Shown: positions 24,001-34,606, counted from the first letter of the stretch. The stretch: DNA of 64,000 nucleotides from Trypanosoma brucei (GCA_000002445.1 CP000069.1:640001-704000); one strand, 5' to 3'. Numbers and translations: made by a program. Notes: a model not told the origin generated them from the sequence alone.

Positions 24001-24215
24001 TTGTTATTTCATTTTTCTTCTTTATTCTCTTTTACCTTAATCCCTTTAGATTCTTTGATACTATTTTGTACCCGCCCATTCCCCCCTTTTTTTTAATTGG
24101 CTAATTGGGAACATAGAGGAAAAGGTATTCGTCTGGCGCCATGCACTTTAACTCGTCTTCTGGGGTAAATTTTGCACTGGCTTGTTTGTTTTCTTCGTTG
24201 ATTCCTGAGTTCCGC
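18100..24215. repeat. 6.1-kb gene-free AT-rich low-complexity block between BBS2 (5' end) and the kinase gene (3' end). It is packed with microsatellites: (CCAATA)n around 18835-18875, (ATA)n/(TAA)n, (CAA)n, (TA)n, (CATT)n, long A- and T-homopolymers. Blocks alternate between pyrimidine-rich and purine-rich on the plus strand.
   Basis: No ORF above about 120 aa. Every ORF the track lists here is poly-K/F/I/L low-complexity. Composition was read directly from the sequence. Confidence 0.8.
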
Positions 24216-26135
24216 TCAGCGGCTGACAATGGGCAACTTCGTCGTCCTCGCGCAAGCATCACCGGCTATTCCCACTCCCTTCCTTCGACCCTTGCGCGGG
24301 TCACTAGTACGACTATCGAGAGGTGCCGTGCTGCTGCTGCATGAGATGGACAGACGTCGCCGAACGTTGCTCTGGCGGAAGCTGTTCATGCGGGGACGCC
24401 GGCCAGATTCGATGCCAAGAAGACTCCCACATCCCCTCATGCCAATCACGGCATGTCCTGAAGGAATGTGAGTGCTAAGCAGTGAAACGCGGCTCCGTTC
24501 AGCCCCATTAATGGGGCTTGTCGTCGCAGCTGCAACCTTGTTCGTAACACTTGCCACATCGATTTGCGAACACGCGCTTGCAAGTGAGCAATCCATCAGG
24601 CTACAACTTCGTACGGAGTCCGCCTTTCCCTTGCCCTTTATCCATGGGTGTCGCAGCAACTGTCGCGCCGTTAGACGCTCCCTCGGGTTGGTACGGGTAC
24701 ATTGACGAATGAACTCTTTGGCACCCTCGGGAAGGTGCTCTGGGATGTGCCTCTCGAGTTCACCTCGTAGAATAGCAAACATAACTGCCATACAGTTGTC
24801 TAGCTGCCAGAAGGGGGGATGACCGGTTAGCATCTCAAGTACGCAACAGCCCACGGACCAGATATCAGCCGTGTAGCTGTGCCCACTGCAGTTAATCACT
24901 TCAGGCGCCATAAAATTCGGCGTTCCAGCGACACTATTCGTTACTATAGTTGACTGCAAATCTTTGCTAGTACCGAAATCACCAACTTTCAAGACGCCAT
25001 TCCCTGTTATAAACAAATTGTCCCCCTTCAGATCGCGGTGCACGATGCGCCGCTTGTGAAGGTATGCTAAACCCTCTAGCAACTGTCGAGTATAGTTACG
25101 AGTCTCCTCCTCGCTCAGAGCCCCTTCGGTTTTAAGCTTGCTAGCGATGGTGCCACCACTAATGTACTCCATGTATATCAACAGCGCGCAGCACCCCTCG
25201 TCGCGTCGTGAAGAAAAGTACTTCACAATATGCTTGTGATTCAACTTGCGCATCACACGAATTTCCCGTTCCAGCGCGCATAGTTGCTTCTCTGTGTCCC
25301 TGTCAATATCTGAAGATACAATAATCTGCTTCACCGCAAGCTCCGCCCCTGTGTCCAGGTCAGTTGCACGAAATACATCGCCGAACATCCCACGACCGAT
25401 ACGTTCCTCTATCCGCACATTGACGATCTTTCTACGTAGGGCAGTTTCTGTGGTGGTGGAGACACCCGGAGTTCGGAGAGCCGGAGAGGCACTTCGGTCT
25501 AACAGATTGATCGAGTTTCCGGTGACGTCTACAGCGGAAGTGCCAGTGACACCATTGAGTTGATTCGTGCTCGCCACACTGGCCCTCCCATCTCCAATGC
25601 ACGTTGTGCTACACGTGGCCACACTTTCCATCTCAAGTACTTTTGTAAACTCAAGCGTGGAGGATAGTAACGATGCACTGCACGACGGGTCACCGCTTGT
25701 CGAATTCGACCTGCTACAGCTTGCTTTGTCACCCTCCGGCGTGTTTTCCAATATTTGCGTTGGGACGTCCTTTGTCAATTCGCCTAACCACGAATCAAGT
25801 GCTTCTTGACTGGCTTCTAGCACTCCACTCGCCATTTCGCTCGCCACATCATCTACTTCCTCACTGAATGCCGTTACACTAGTGACTGCAGATAGTGTGT
25901 TACTCGGTGTTCGGTCGAGTTGTACGAGTTGGTTTGGTCTCTGAAGTGCCTTTACAGTCCGTACGATGGGGCGGGGGGTAACCGCACCGGTATGCAAACG
26001 ACTTGTATAAACACCAGTACCCGCTAGACGAGCGTTCACCGATATCAAATCACGACGCCGCAGGGCCTCCGCGGCTAGTGGCCGATGGCCGTCCTCCGGT
26101 GGAGCACACGGGTGGCAATTTTCCAAGAGGGACAT
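24216..26135 (-). CDS. Ser/Thr protein kinase of the STE group (MAP3K/STE11-like). A 235-aa N-terminal extension rich in S/T precedes the kinase domain.
   Basis: Canonical kinase subdomains are present. GxGxxG loop IGRGMFGDVF, catalytic HRDLKGDNLF, activation-segment DFG…TPNFMAPE, then DIWSVGCCVLEM. Best resemblance is to STE11/MEKK kinases. Confidence 0.8.
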   Translation of the reverse strand: MSLLENCHPCAPPEDGHRPLAAEALRRRDLISVNARLAGTGVYTSRLHTGAVTPRPIVRTVKALQRPNQLVQLDRTPSNTLSAVTSVTAFSEEVDDVASEMASGVLEASQEALDSWLGELTKDVPTQILENTPEGDKASCSRSNSTSGDPSCSASLLSSTLEFTKVLEMESVATCSTTCIGDGRASVASTNQLNGVTGTSAVDVTGNSINLLDRSASPALRTPGVSTTTETALRRKIVNVRIEERIGRGMFGDVFRATDLDTGAELAVKQIIVSSDIDRDTEKQLCALEREIRVMRKLNHKHIVKYFSSRRDEGCCALLIYMEYISGGTIASKLKTEGALSEEETRNYTRQLLEGLAYLHKRRIVHRDLKGDNLFITGNGVLKVGDFGTSKDLQSTIVTNSVAGTPNFMAPEVINCSGHSYTADIWSVGCCVLEMLTGHPPFWQLDNCMAVMFAILRGELERHIPEHLPEGAKEFIRQCTRTNPRERLTARQLLRHPWIKGKGKADSVRSCSLMDCSLASACSQIDVASVTNKVAAATTSPINGAERSRVSLLSTHIPSGHAVIGMRGCGSLLGIESGRRPRMNSFRQSNVRRRLSISCSSSTAPLDSRTSDPRKGRRKGVGIAGDACARTTKLPIVSR

Positions 26136-27560
26136 GGTGTCCGTGGGAGCGTGCGTATATGTGGCACGCGAGGAGGAACGCTACAATTTACCCTCTACTA
26201 ATTTCTTTTCCTTTTTTTCTTGAAACCTTTCTTTGTATGTTGGTGGCGAACCGAGACACACCAATGATCTCTTTCTTGACTTCTCTTCCTCCTGTGCGGA
26301 TACCACCCACAAACGGTCCGGCTTTTGCGACTATTGAAGGGACAAAAAAGGAAAAAAAATGATGCTATGAATGTGGGTACGTTCGAAAAGAAGGATAGAA
26401 AAACAATCTTTACTGTTACAAAATGAATACGTATACATATACGTATTCATTTATATATGTATACGGATATATATTCGTATATAAATGTGCTGCGTGAAGC
26501 AAATACAGGCGGAATTGTGCCTTGTTCATTGATGCGGGGGAACATAAACGGCACAGATGAGAAGAGCAGAATTACAGAACATATGCAACAACGAAAAGAA
26601 CGTGCATGTGGTGAAATTTCCAAATGTTTAAACAGAACTTGACAAATTCTAAAGTACCAGTCACAACTCTTTAACAATCACAAGCATTTGCTACAATAAT
26701 AACAGTTATAGAGCAAGCATGCAATAAATTTTGTAATCCCGCAGAACCCACCCGCCGTCACCGCACAAGTGCGGACTGTGCGCTCGCACAAACCCCATAC
26801 TCCACAATCCCACCATTCAAGACGAAAATTTTAAAAAGTACTGAATGCAAAAATCTGAAGAATAACAAAAAGAAAAGGAAAACAAAGCAAAGAAAAGAAA
26901 AGTGAGAAAAAAAAACATTAAGTAACAACCACAGTTTCGCTCACACTCTAACCCTCCCATGACACCCCAATTCCATCATATTCTCATAATATGTATGTTA
27001 GCATCAGCCCCCGTGGAGGCTTGCAGGCACACACGCATATGCCTACATGCCATCGACGTAGCACCACCACGGGGGGAGGAAGACGCATTCCTTCCTTCTA
27101 TACACAATGAGACCATGGAGCAAAAAGAAAAAAAACTGACGGTGACAAAACATCGCGAAGGGGGGTGGAAATATATATAACATCACATCATATTGCTACG
27201 AGTAACAATGGTAATAGATGACAGAAAACTAGGGAAACTTTCTCTGTTTTGATTGAAAAGTTAACGGTATGCAACAAAACGAGTGGTCATTCACCCATTG
27301 CTTTCGATAAGAATACTAAAGACGAAAAATATATATATATATATGAATGGTACACGTTTGATGCACCGCCCCCTGCCAGCAAAATATTACTAAGTATTTT
27401 GATGTTTCCGGGCACTAGGAAAAATGGCACGGACGTAAAGCACATAAAATGGAAAAGTGAAGCTCAAGAATCAAAGAAAACGAGGACAGAAAAAGAAGCG
27501 CCGGGACACTCCGCAGCACCGATGAGAACTCTCACGCCACTGCGAAGATGAGAGTGGGCA

Positions 27561-28745
27561 TTACAAGACGATTACCCGCTCTTCCCTACATACACCACCC
27601 TTCACAGCCGACTCCTTCGCAGCGCGCGTGAAGTCAGGTGGGCCACAAATAACGACAGTTACTGCGGACCCAAACTGACTGAGAATTTTATGGTCCAGGC
27701 GAGCGTAACTAATAAGGTCTGCCCCGGGTACATTCACCTCACCTGAGGACCGCGTGAAAATGCAGCACAGCTTAAGCACTTTGCGCAACCGAGGTGCACT
27801 TTCACCACTAGCAACACCATTGTCATCCCGCAGGGAGCCGTACTGCTTGGCTAATTCTGTGATTTCGTCACGGATCACCAGACGGCGTAGATCCCGGGTA
27901 CTAACCACTAGCGTTGCAGAGGCGATTTGCTTCTCCAAGAGGTTCTTCACCGCGGCGAAGATGGGAACAATTCCAATGCCTCCCGCAATAAAAGTTACAT
28001 GTCTCATCTCCTCAGGTGTCTTGTGCAGTTCGTCATCGTCTTCAACAACCCACGAAGGGGCAAACGGGCCTTTATACTCAATTTCATTGCCGGGCTGCAG
28101 GGAGCACACGTGGCTTGAAACTCCATGGTTCAAGCTGCGTTTGGAAATAATCATAAAACTAGTTTCTGTCACCGAAGCAACGGTATAGTTACCACTCATG
28201 TCACACGCGCCAGACGGGTGAGGGAGCTTTAGCCGTACATAACTACCTGGTGAATGCTGCAGTCCCAGAGGAAAGGCAATTGTAATGCGCACAACATCAT
28301 CCAAGAGCATCTCAGTCCCCAGGACGGTGGCACGAACAAACCCCGGTGTCACCTCCCTATCTTTCCTGACTAACGTCGGGGCGATACGTGGACCTGCTGA
28401 ACGAAGACGACCAATACAGTACGTTGCAAGTTGCGCTTTAGTGCTGGGCCGGTGAATTCTGTCGAATACATCTCCAACCTCTTTGCCCACATTTTGGGAA
28501 AGAACCGATATACCACCCGGGTGAGTGGGAGCGAAGTCGGTCACATCGTACACACTACCATGAATTATTAGCACTAGCCGTTTCTTTTTATCAAGTAACG
28601 CCTGAACGTCACCATCTTCCAGTAGCTGTTCGCCCAGGGTTGGATCCGACAACCCCGCATCTTTCCCCTGGCAACCATCATCGCCACCAGTGGCCGCCGC
28701 TTGTCCCCGTGCATTCGATGCCGCCACACTGGGCAAACATCCCAT
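27561..28745 (-). CDS. Flavohaemoprotein: N-terminal cytochrome b5 domain fused to an NADH-cytochrome b5 reductase (FNR-like FAD/NAD-binding) domain. The N-terminal MGC is a potential myristoylation/palmitoylation site.
   Basis: Cytochrome b5 haem-binding signature HGSVYDVTDFAPTHPGG. FAD-binding RxYT-type block SGNYTVASV. NAD-binding glycine motif FIAGGIGIVP and a C-terminal CGPP motif, as in b5-reductase/nitrate-reductase family enzymes. Confidence 0.65.
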   Translation of the reverse strand: MGCLPSVAASNARGQAAATGGDDGCQGKDAGLSDPTLGEQLLEDGDVQALLDKKKRLVLIIHGSVYDVTDFAPTHPGGISVLSQNVGKEVGDVFDRIHRPSTKAQLATYCIGRLRSAGPRIAPTLVRKDREVTPGFVRATVLGTEMLLDDVVRITIAFPLGLQHSPGSYVRLKLPHPSGACDMSGNYTVASVTETSFMIISKRSLNHGVSSHVCSLQPGNEIEYKGPFAPSWVVEDDDELHKTPEEMRHVTFIAGGIGIVPIFAAVKNLLEKQIASATLVVSTRDLRRLVIRDEITELAKQYGSLRDDNGVASGESAPRLRKVLKLCCIFTRSSGEVNVPGADLISYARLDHKILSQFGSAVTVVICGPPDFTRAAKESAVKGGVCREERVIVL

Positions 28746-29689
28746 TGGCTAAGTCTAACACCCTTTTTTTTTCCAATATATAAGTATACAAGTTTATATG
28801 TATCGTTTCCAGTTCCACCCTTTGCCTTCTATTTTTTTTTTGCTTCCCTTCGGCGTATCCCCCTACCGTTTGACTTTCCCCTCTGTTCTGGTGAGATAGG
28901 AGTTTAGTCTTCTGAGTTCGGTGGCGCCTCAGCACCTACACCCGGGGTAAACACGGCAGTTACGCCACGCTCGGTTGGAAAAAAGAAAAAATAAGGGTGG
29001 GGAAAACAAACGAATAACCAAGCTGATAAAGCTGACCATGCGGAGCGATGAGGAGAGTTAAAAAACAAAAAAATGGACTTTAACAACAGGAAAAGAACAA
29101 ATCATATGGAAAGGAAGGAATAGAAGGGGGAAATTCCACTTTAGCTCTGCTGTGAAGTATCATATTTGGCTCTCTTCAGTGGAGCGAAGGAAAATAAAAG
29201 GGGGAAAAGAGGGAGGGTGGGGAATCAGCTGAAGAACGCAACGTTTAAATAGCTTTTCTCTTTTCACGAACATATCAGAGATACTGGAGAGTTATTTTTT
29301 CTACATCATGAAACGGGTAACCCAAATGAAAGGAGGTTCAAAAAAAACAAGCAGGAGAAGGCCCTTCTCCCCTGTCGGTTGTCGTCGCCTTTCCTCGGGC
29401 TTTCGTTAAGCCATGAAACCGTTGGTGGGGCCTGCAAAGCCGCACGATAGATGCTACGATAACGAAAACATCTGCTGCTACCACCACTCTTATGACAGTC
29501 ACTACTGCAGTGAGAAAAGAAGAGCGAAAAGAAAACTGCGGGAGCAAGTGTGGGGCTCAGAGAACTCAACAACGAAGTCAACTCAAAGAAACCAAATTTC
29601 CACCAAGTGCTACTTAAATAAGAATTACGACTTACGTTTATTATACTTGATGAGAAGGGGAGGTAAATAACACGTATATAAACCAGCTG

Positions 29690-30331
29690 TTACTTTTTAC
29701 CCTTCTTCCTGAGCGACACCTTGTCGAACTTGCCGTTTGAGGCGGTTGCCAGATGCTTTGCGGCAGCGGTGAGGTGCTTCACCTCTTCCTGTGCACGAGA
29801 AATGTGTTCCGAGCGGCGCTTATTGTGTTCCTCTTTCTTCTTTTGTTTCTCAAGTCTCTCCTTCTTCACCCTACGTTCGTCCAAGAATGGATCGCCACCC
29901 TCCTCCTGCGGGACGTAGTTGGGCCCCACCTCTCTTAACCAGTCGTACTTTTCCTTCTCCTCACGGGCGCGTTTGCCCCACTTGTCCTTCCACACCTGAC
30001 GCTCCTCATCAAAGACACGGTTCGTCTTCTTACGGTTGAGTGCAATTCCCTTTTTCATGGCAAACTTTTCCCATGCTGTGGGCGGTTTCGGCTTTGGTGG
30101 TGCCTTCTCACGAGGGAGTTGCATAACGGGCTGTGGAAGTTTCAGCAGAGTCGTAGATCCGTCAAACTTTCCTCTCTTTGTTGCCGTCGGTAACTCACAA
30201 CACTCCTTCAGAAGTACCTTCATGGCTTCAAGGGTGGACTGGTGGAGGTCTCCCTCGCTCCGCTGCGGTCCACTAATCAGAGAGCTGTTCGTCACGCAAA
30301 GAAGCCCCAGATCCATGTGATACTCACTCAT
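29690..30331 (-). CDS. RRS1: Ribosome biogenesis regulatory protein RRS1 homologue.
   Basis: KPKPPTAWEKFAMKKGIALNRKKTNRVFDEERQVWKDKWGKRAREEKEKYDWLREV…DPFLDERRVKKERLEKQKKK matches the conserved RRS1 core (…TRWQQFARLKGI…KKKTNLVWDEVSGQWRRRWGY…). Lys-rich tail. Confidence 0.65.
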   Translation of the reverse strand: MSEYHMDLGLLCVTNSSLISGPQRSEGDLHQSTLEAMKVLLKECCELPTATKRGKFDGSTTLLKLPQPVMQLPREKAPPKPKPPTAWEKFAMKKGIALNRKKTNRVFDEERQVWKDKWGKRAREEKEKYDWLREVGPNYVPQEEGGDPFLDERRVKKERLEKQKKKEEHNKRRSEHISRAQEEVKHLTAAAKHLATASNGKFDKVSLRKKGKK

Positions 30332-30663
30332 CTTCGGTCCTGTTAACCTACGTGAGTGCCCTACAAACAGGGGGTACGAGGGACAAAAGTGAATAGAAGT
30401 ATAAGATGAAAATAGATTCTGTAGGCTGCGGCTCTAACTCAGCATATAGACTCCTCTTTTGTTCCTCATTAGTGCTGTGAGTTGAACCGAACAAAGAGTT
30501 GTCCTCCGCTTCAACGTGCCATCCCCCCCCCCCCCCCACAGAACACCAAGGGTTGATATAAATTAAAGCCACAACCCTTGGATACTCCATTATGTGGCAA
30601 CACTCATAGAACATTGAAAATACTTAATCAGTGCCGAATCGTATACTCCATTGTTCACCGACA

Positions 30664-32097
30664 CTACACGATTTTATCAACTGGAAGAACGATGCCACGC
30701 TCGTTGGCTCCCTCCTCCCTTCCCGCCCCTTCGCGCAACATTTTAACCCGAACCTCACCCCGGGCCCACTCATCAGGGGCCACCAAGACGGCACGCAGGG
30801 CTCCTATGCGGTCCGCGTAATTAAATGCTTGGACAACCTTTTTCTTATCGAAAACGATATCGGCGCTTCGACCGGCGTCGCGCAACCGACGAAGGATGCT
30901 GAGGGCATGCGGCCGCATGGTCTCGTCGAAGGGAATCACAAGGTCGTCCACCACATGGTGTAATTCTGGCAACAGTTTCTTCTCATTCAGAAGTTCAACA
31001 ATAACGCAATCACCAAAGCCAAAGCCCACACAAGGCACCGCCGTCGGACTCCCGTACGTTGTCAGCAAGTTATCGTAACGACCACCACCACACAGTGCAC
31101 GAAAATTTCCATCGCGGTCAAAGCCCTCGAATACTATTCCAGTATAATAGGCAAGACCACGAACAACGCTAGCGTCGAAAATGACCCAGTCGCCAAAACC
31201 GTAAGCTTCGATCTGTGTAATAAAGTCTCTCAGTTCCCTCACTGCCTCATGCTCCTCACCGATGCGTTGCGCGATTTCATCAATGGTCTTAAGACTAAGA
31301 GTTGACGTAATGGCATCAACCACGTTGCTTTCAAGTCCAATGGCGGCGAGCTGTGCAACAACTTCCTCCCGCGGTAGTTTCTCCATCTTGTCGACGATAA
31401 CACACACAGGAGCGAACTTGTCGGCTGATACGCCGGCTTGCTCCACCACCGTCTGTAATATCTTGCGCGAGTTGATCTTAACACCAACATCTTTAGAGGA
31501 CAATCCCAAACTTTGCATAGCTGTACATGCAGCACACACCAACTCCACCTCTGACGAAACCGATTTGACACCTATAATGTCCATGTTCCACTGATAGTGT
31601 TCCCGACGACGCCCACGAGTAATTGCCTCATACCGCCAGCATTGAGGAATGGAGTACCACTTCGCTGGTAGCAACAGGGACCGACCCTTAGCAAGCAGTT
31701 GTCGTGCAAGTGATGGTGTCATCTCGGGGCGCAGAGCCACACGATGACCACCTTTCGTTATAAAGTTAAACATTTGCTCTGTAATCTCTTCCCCAGCTTT
31801 GCGGATGTACAGTTCCTCTGATTCCAAGACAGGCGAATCGTATTCCTCAAAACCAAACTTTCTCGCTGTGCTGTGGAATACATCAAAGAGATACTTGCGC
31901 AGACGCATTGTTTCAGGGGGGAAGTCCCGACAGCCTTGCACCGGCTCTGTCTCCACCATGTTCATTTGGCTCTTCTTCTTTGATTTCTTAGAAAGCGACC
32001 CGCCATCAGGTGTAATCAGCGCTTCCTTCTCCGCTATCAGACGCCTTAATTGATCAATTTCCGCAAGCAGGGCGGCGTTATCTACTGTCTTTGCCAT
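30664..32097 (-). CDS. HisRS: Histidyl-tRNA synthetase (class II aaRS).
   Basis: [38 protein letters not shown]…[14 protein letters not shown] (motif 1/2 region), …[24 protein letters not shown]…, and the class-II motif 3 …GGGRYDNL…. An anticodon-binding domain follows. Confidence 0.85.
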   Translation of the reverse strand: MAKTVDNAALLAEIDQLRRLIAEKEALITPDGGSLSKKSKKKSQMNMVETEPVQGCRDFPPETMRLRKYLFDVFHSTARKFGFEEYDSPVLESEELYIRKAGEEITEQMFNFITKGGHRVALRPEMTPSLARQLLAKGRSLLLPAKWYSIPQCWRYEAITRGRRREHYQWNMDIIGVKSVSSEVELVCAACTAMQSLGLSSKDVGVKINSRKILQTVVEQAGVSADKFAPVCVIVDKMEKLPREEVVAQLAAIGLESNVVDAITSTLSLKTIDEIAQRIGEEHEAVRELRDFITQIEAYGFGDWVIFDASVVRGLAYYTGIVFEGFDRDGNFRALCGGGRYDNLLTTYGSPTAVPCVGFGFGDCVIVELLNEKKLLPELHHVVDDLVIPFDETMRPHALSILRRLRDAGRSADIVFDKKKVVQAFNYADRIGALRAVLVAPDEWARGEVRVKMLREGAGREEGANERGIVLPVDKIV

Positions 32098-32578
32098 TCC
32101 ACAACGTAATGATCTGAATACACGCGTTGCTTTTAAAAAAAAAAAACTCCTTACCCACCAAAAGTTATATGCTTAATCTCAAAGAAGGAAAATGATAAAG
32201 CATCAAAAGAACAATTCGCTAGAAAAATAACAGAAAGGGAAGCAAAACAATTTGGTGAAGGACACGTGGAAGCAGCAATGAACCGCTGGCATGTCCTTGT
32301 GGGGAAAGGAGAGTATTACTCAACAACCCTGGGGTGCGTATGCGCCGACATTAGTCGTCGCTGGCACACAACGCCATGATCATCCGGGAAAGGTTGGCGA
32401 TCCAACCAACGATATTCCATAACGTGAACATAATAGTGATGCGTTTGTTTTTTTTTCGGTGGACACAACCTCATATAATTGACCAAGTATCACGGGTACA
32501 TTCCTGACATAGAATCACCACAAAACACTCATTAACCAAAAAAAGCGGCTAGCGATATATCGGAGACCATAACCTGTA

Positions 32579-32815
32579 TGTGTCACCAACCGCCCCCAGT
32601 GCCGCTAACAGTCCGCTGACCCGTGGTAAGAGACCAACAAATACAGGAGAATACCTTAATACCGTGCTCTGATCTCATTACTCTGCAATGCCGGGGGTAC
32701 ACTACGCGTATGTGTATCACGCGCAGGTGCGGCAGGCCGCCGGCTCTTGGCTTTCCCCCTCTGTAATACGGGGCACCGGCCTCGGACGTGCCAATGAGGA
32801 GGCTGGCAATGGTGG
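32579..32815 (-). mobile_element. Copy 1 of a 236-237-bp interspersed repeat, element-sense on the minus strand. It is probably retroposon-derived (ingi/RIME/L1Tc/SIDER-type 5' signature). It lies about 480 nt upstream of the HisRS ATG and about 630 nt downstream of the stop of the preceding gene.
   Basis: The reverse complement of 32579-32815 is base-for-base identical to 46772-47007 at every segment compared. Boundaries are sharp and neither flank shows similarity. The family assignment rests on my recollection of the published 77-79-nt retroposon signature and is not verified. Confidence 0.5.
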
Positions 32816-33448
32816 GGAACAACTTCACCCTCCATCCGCCGCGAACACTTGTGCCTCAACTGCGCTCCCAGAGTCCCGACTCACGGGCGGTGAAGATCAG
32901 TTTGAGTATGTCTTGTTCACAACGATAAAGCGCCCCGGACTAAACACAACTACCAATATACTCGTAAAACTTACCTGATTCCCAATAACCACATGACAAA
33001 ATTTACGCGTCACCCACAGCGGCGAGGAGCTTATGGTAAACATGCATATTTATTTGGGGGAACGCTCCAGGTGAACCCCAAGTTGTTTCAAACAACAGTG
33101 CCACACTGTGTAAAGAAATTGCACGCTCAAACGTCAACCATACTGCCCTAATGCAGCAACCACCTGAAGAGCACCCGACGAAACATCAAACGAACCAGGT
33201 GCACGCGGGCAGTCATTTCCACCTTTCCCACCAAAATCTCACTCACATCCGCGGGATCCGGTTCTAGTTGAACAAAGAGATTATTCTTTCCAACATCATT
33301 GCTGTGAGTTATCTGGAACCCCAGAACCGAACATGAACTTAGAAACGCCAACGAATTGCTCCTTGAGAGGCCCCACAAACACATTAAAAGGGAATCTAGT
33401 GGGGCTGTGACAATGCCTTCCTCAGCCACCCATGCATGCGTACGCGCC

Positions 33449-34018
33449 TTACCATGGGTCCGTCCGCCTCTCTTCACGGGTTATGGCAATATCCGGATCC
33501 CGAAGAACCCAGTGGCCGCGGTGCTGTGCAGGCACCTTCAAAGCCCTCTCACGGAGTGGGGTGGAAGGATCCGGTTTGGGGGGGTTAGGAAGCTCCGATG
33601 GCAGCACTGTTTCCTCCCGTTCGTCTAAAGAGAAGAAAGGATCAAGACGAGCAGCTACCGGCGCTTTGAAAACCCCATGTTGACGGCCAGCACTGGGCTG
33701 CATAGTTTGCTTCCCTATTATCATATCTAACTGCCGCATGAGCGGGTCGTCGTAAAGTTGGAAATATGATAATGCACCATGCAGCTTCTTTGTGTACAAC
33801 TTGGCGACTTTAAGCGAAGAAGACATAGTAAAGCACGGGCGGAAAGCTTCCAACTCTCTAAGGAACTCCCCCTCAATGTCGCTGCACGCTTTGGTGTTCT
33901 TGTCCGCCGCAGCGTTCTTATGGGCCAAATGAAGCTTTATTAGTTGAAGGGCCCCATCCAAAAAAGGGCCAGGGTTGTGGAGAGAGTTAGAACGAAGGGA
34001 CCGCGACAACCGCCACAT
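33449..34018 (-). CDS. Hypothetical protein, 189 aa.
   Basis: ORF on the polycistron strand with coding-like composition. No recognisable domain. Confidence 0.35.
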   Translation of the reverse strand: MWRLSRSLRSNSLHNPGPFLDGALQLIKLHLAHKNAAADKNTKACSDIEGEFLRELEAFRPCFTMSSSLKVAKLYTKKLHGALSYFQLYDDPLMRQLDMIIGKQTMQPSAGRQHGVFKAPVAARLDPFFSLDEREETVLPSELPNPPKPDPSTPLRERALKVPAQHRGHWVLRDPDIAITREERRTDPW

Positions 34019-34606
34019 TCGACCCCAATTGGTGGAAACGCAGGCACCAGCTCCCCACAGTTCTGCGATCCTACGATAGTACGCCTACTACATTGAGTGA
34101 AAATCAAAGGGGATGAACAGGGGGGAAAGGTCAAAGTATGCACCCGTTGATCTGTAACCGGCAAGTCGATCCCTTGCCAACCTAATGCACCGTGTACAAC
34201 TAGGAAAAAGAGGGTGTATTGTCTATTATCAACAACCTACCGAGCACGCGCAATCAACCCGTAAAACAACAACTCGCCAACCCATTAGTTCTCACCCTTC
34301 ACTTCACACTCATATGGGCAGACTCGCGAAGAAAAGAGGCACCTGAACACGGCACGGAGCCAAACCCATCTGTAACAGCGCCCTGTCCCTACATCAACGG
34401 ACCCTGCCGGGTTAAACCGGCAACACAGAAGACAGGAAGGGGTCGAGCAGATGAAACACAGTGCCGGAACGATAAAAAAAAATGGTATCAGGGTCCTTTC
34501 TTTGACGGAAACCCTATCACCGAAGGATTAAGGAAAAACTCGGAGAAAAGAGAGGGATAGATGACCCCAAACTGCTGGGCGACAGCGAAGGTGTGAGTAC
34601 CCCTCC

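Noticed and set aside
18100-24215. Many ORFs listed in the track within the AT-rich block (e.g. 20446..20964, 21351..21719, 18830..19039).
   Set aside because: All translate to homopolymeric K/F/I/L/T low-complexity strings produced by A/T microsatellites. Several are on the wrong strand for the polycistron. None has coding character.
18100-24215. The AT-rich block could be a centromere.
   Set aside because: Trypanosome centromeres are organised as tandem arrays of a defined AT-rich unit at strand-switch regions. Here the block lies inside a polycistron and is made of heterogeneous microsatellites with no higher-order tandem unit.
32579-32815. The repeat might be a 7SL/SRP RNA, snRNA or tRNA gene, since it is GC-rich and begins GCCGGG on one strand.
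   Set aside because: I could not find pol III A/B boxes, a tRNA cloverleaf (no GTTCGAATC-type T-loop), or the SRP domain-IV GNAR/AGCA signature. Two perfectly identical inverted copies with sharp ends fit a dispersed repeat better. Not fully excluded without a covariance-model search.
32688-32978. Track ORFs 32688..32978 (+) and 46557..46898 (-), both beginning MPGVHYAYVYHAQVRQAAGSWLSPSVIRGTGLGRANEEAGNG, look like a duplicated small protein gene.
   Set aside because: The shared part lies wholly inside the identical 237-bp repeat. Identity ends exactly at the repeat boundary and the downstream parts of the two ORFs are unrelated. The ORF at 32688 is antisense to its polycistron. So the shared peptide is a by-product of the repeat, not a gene.
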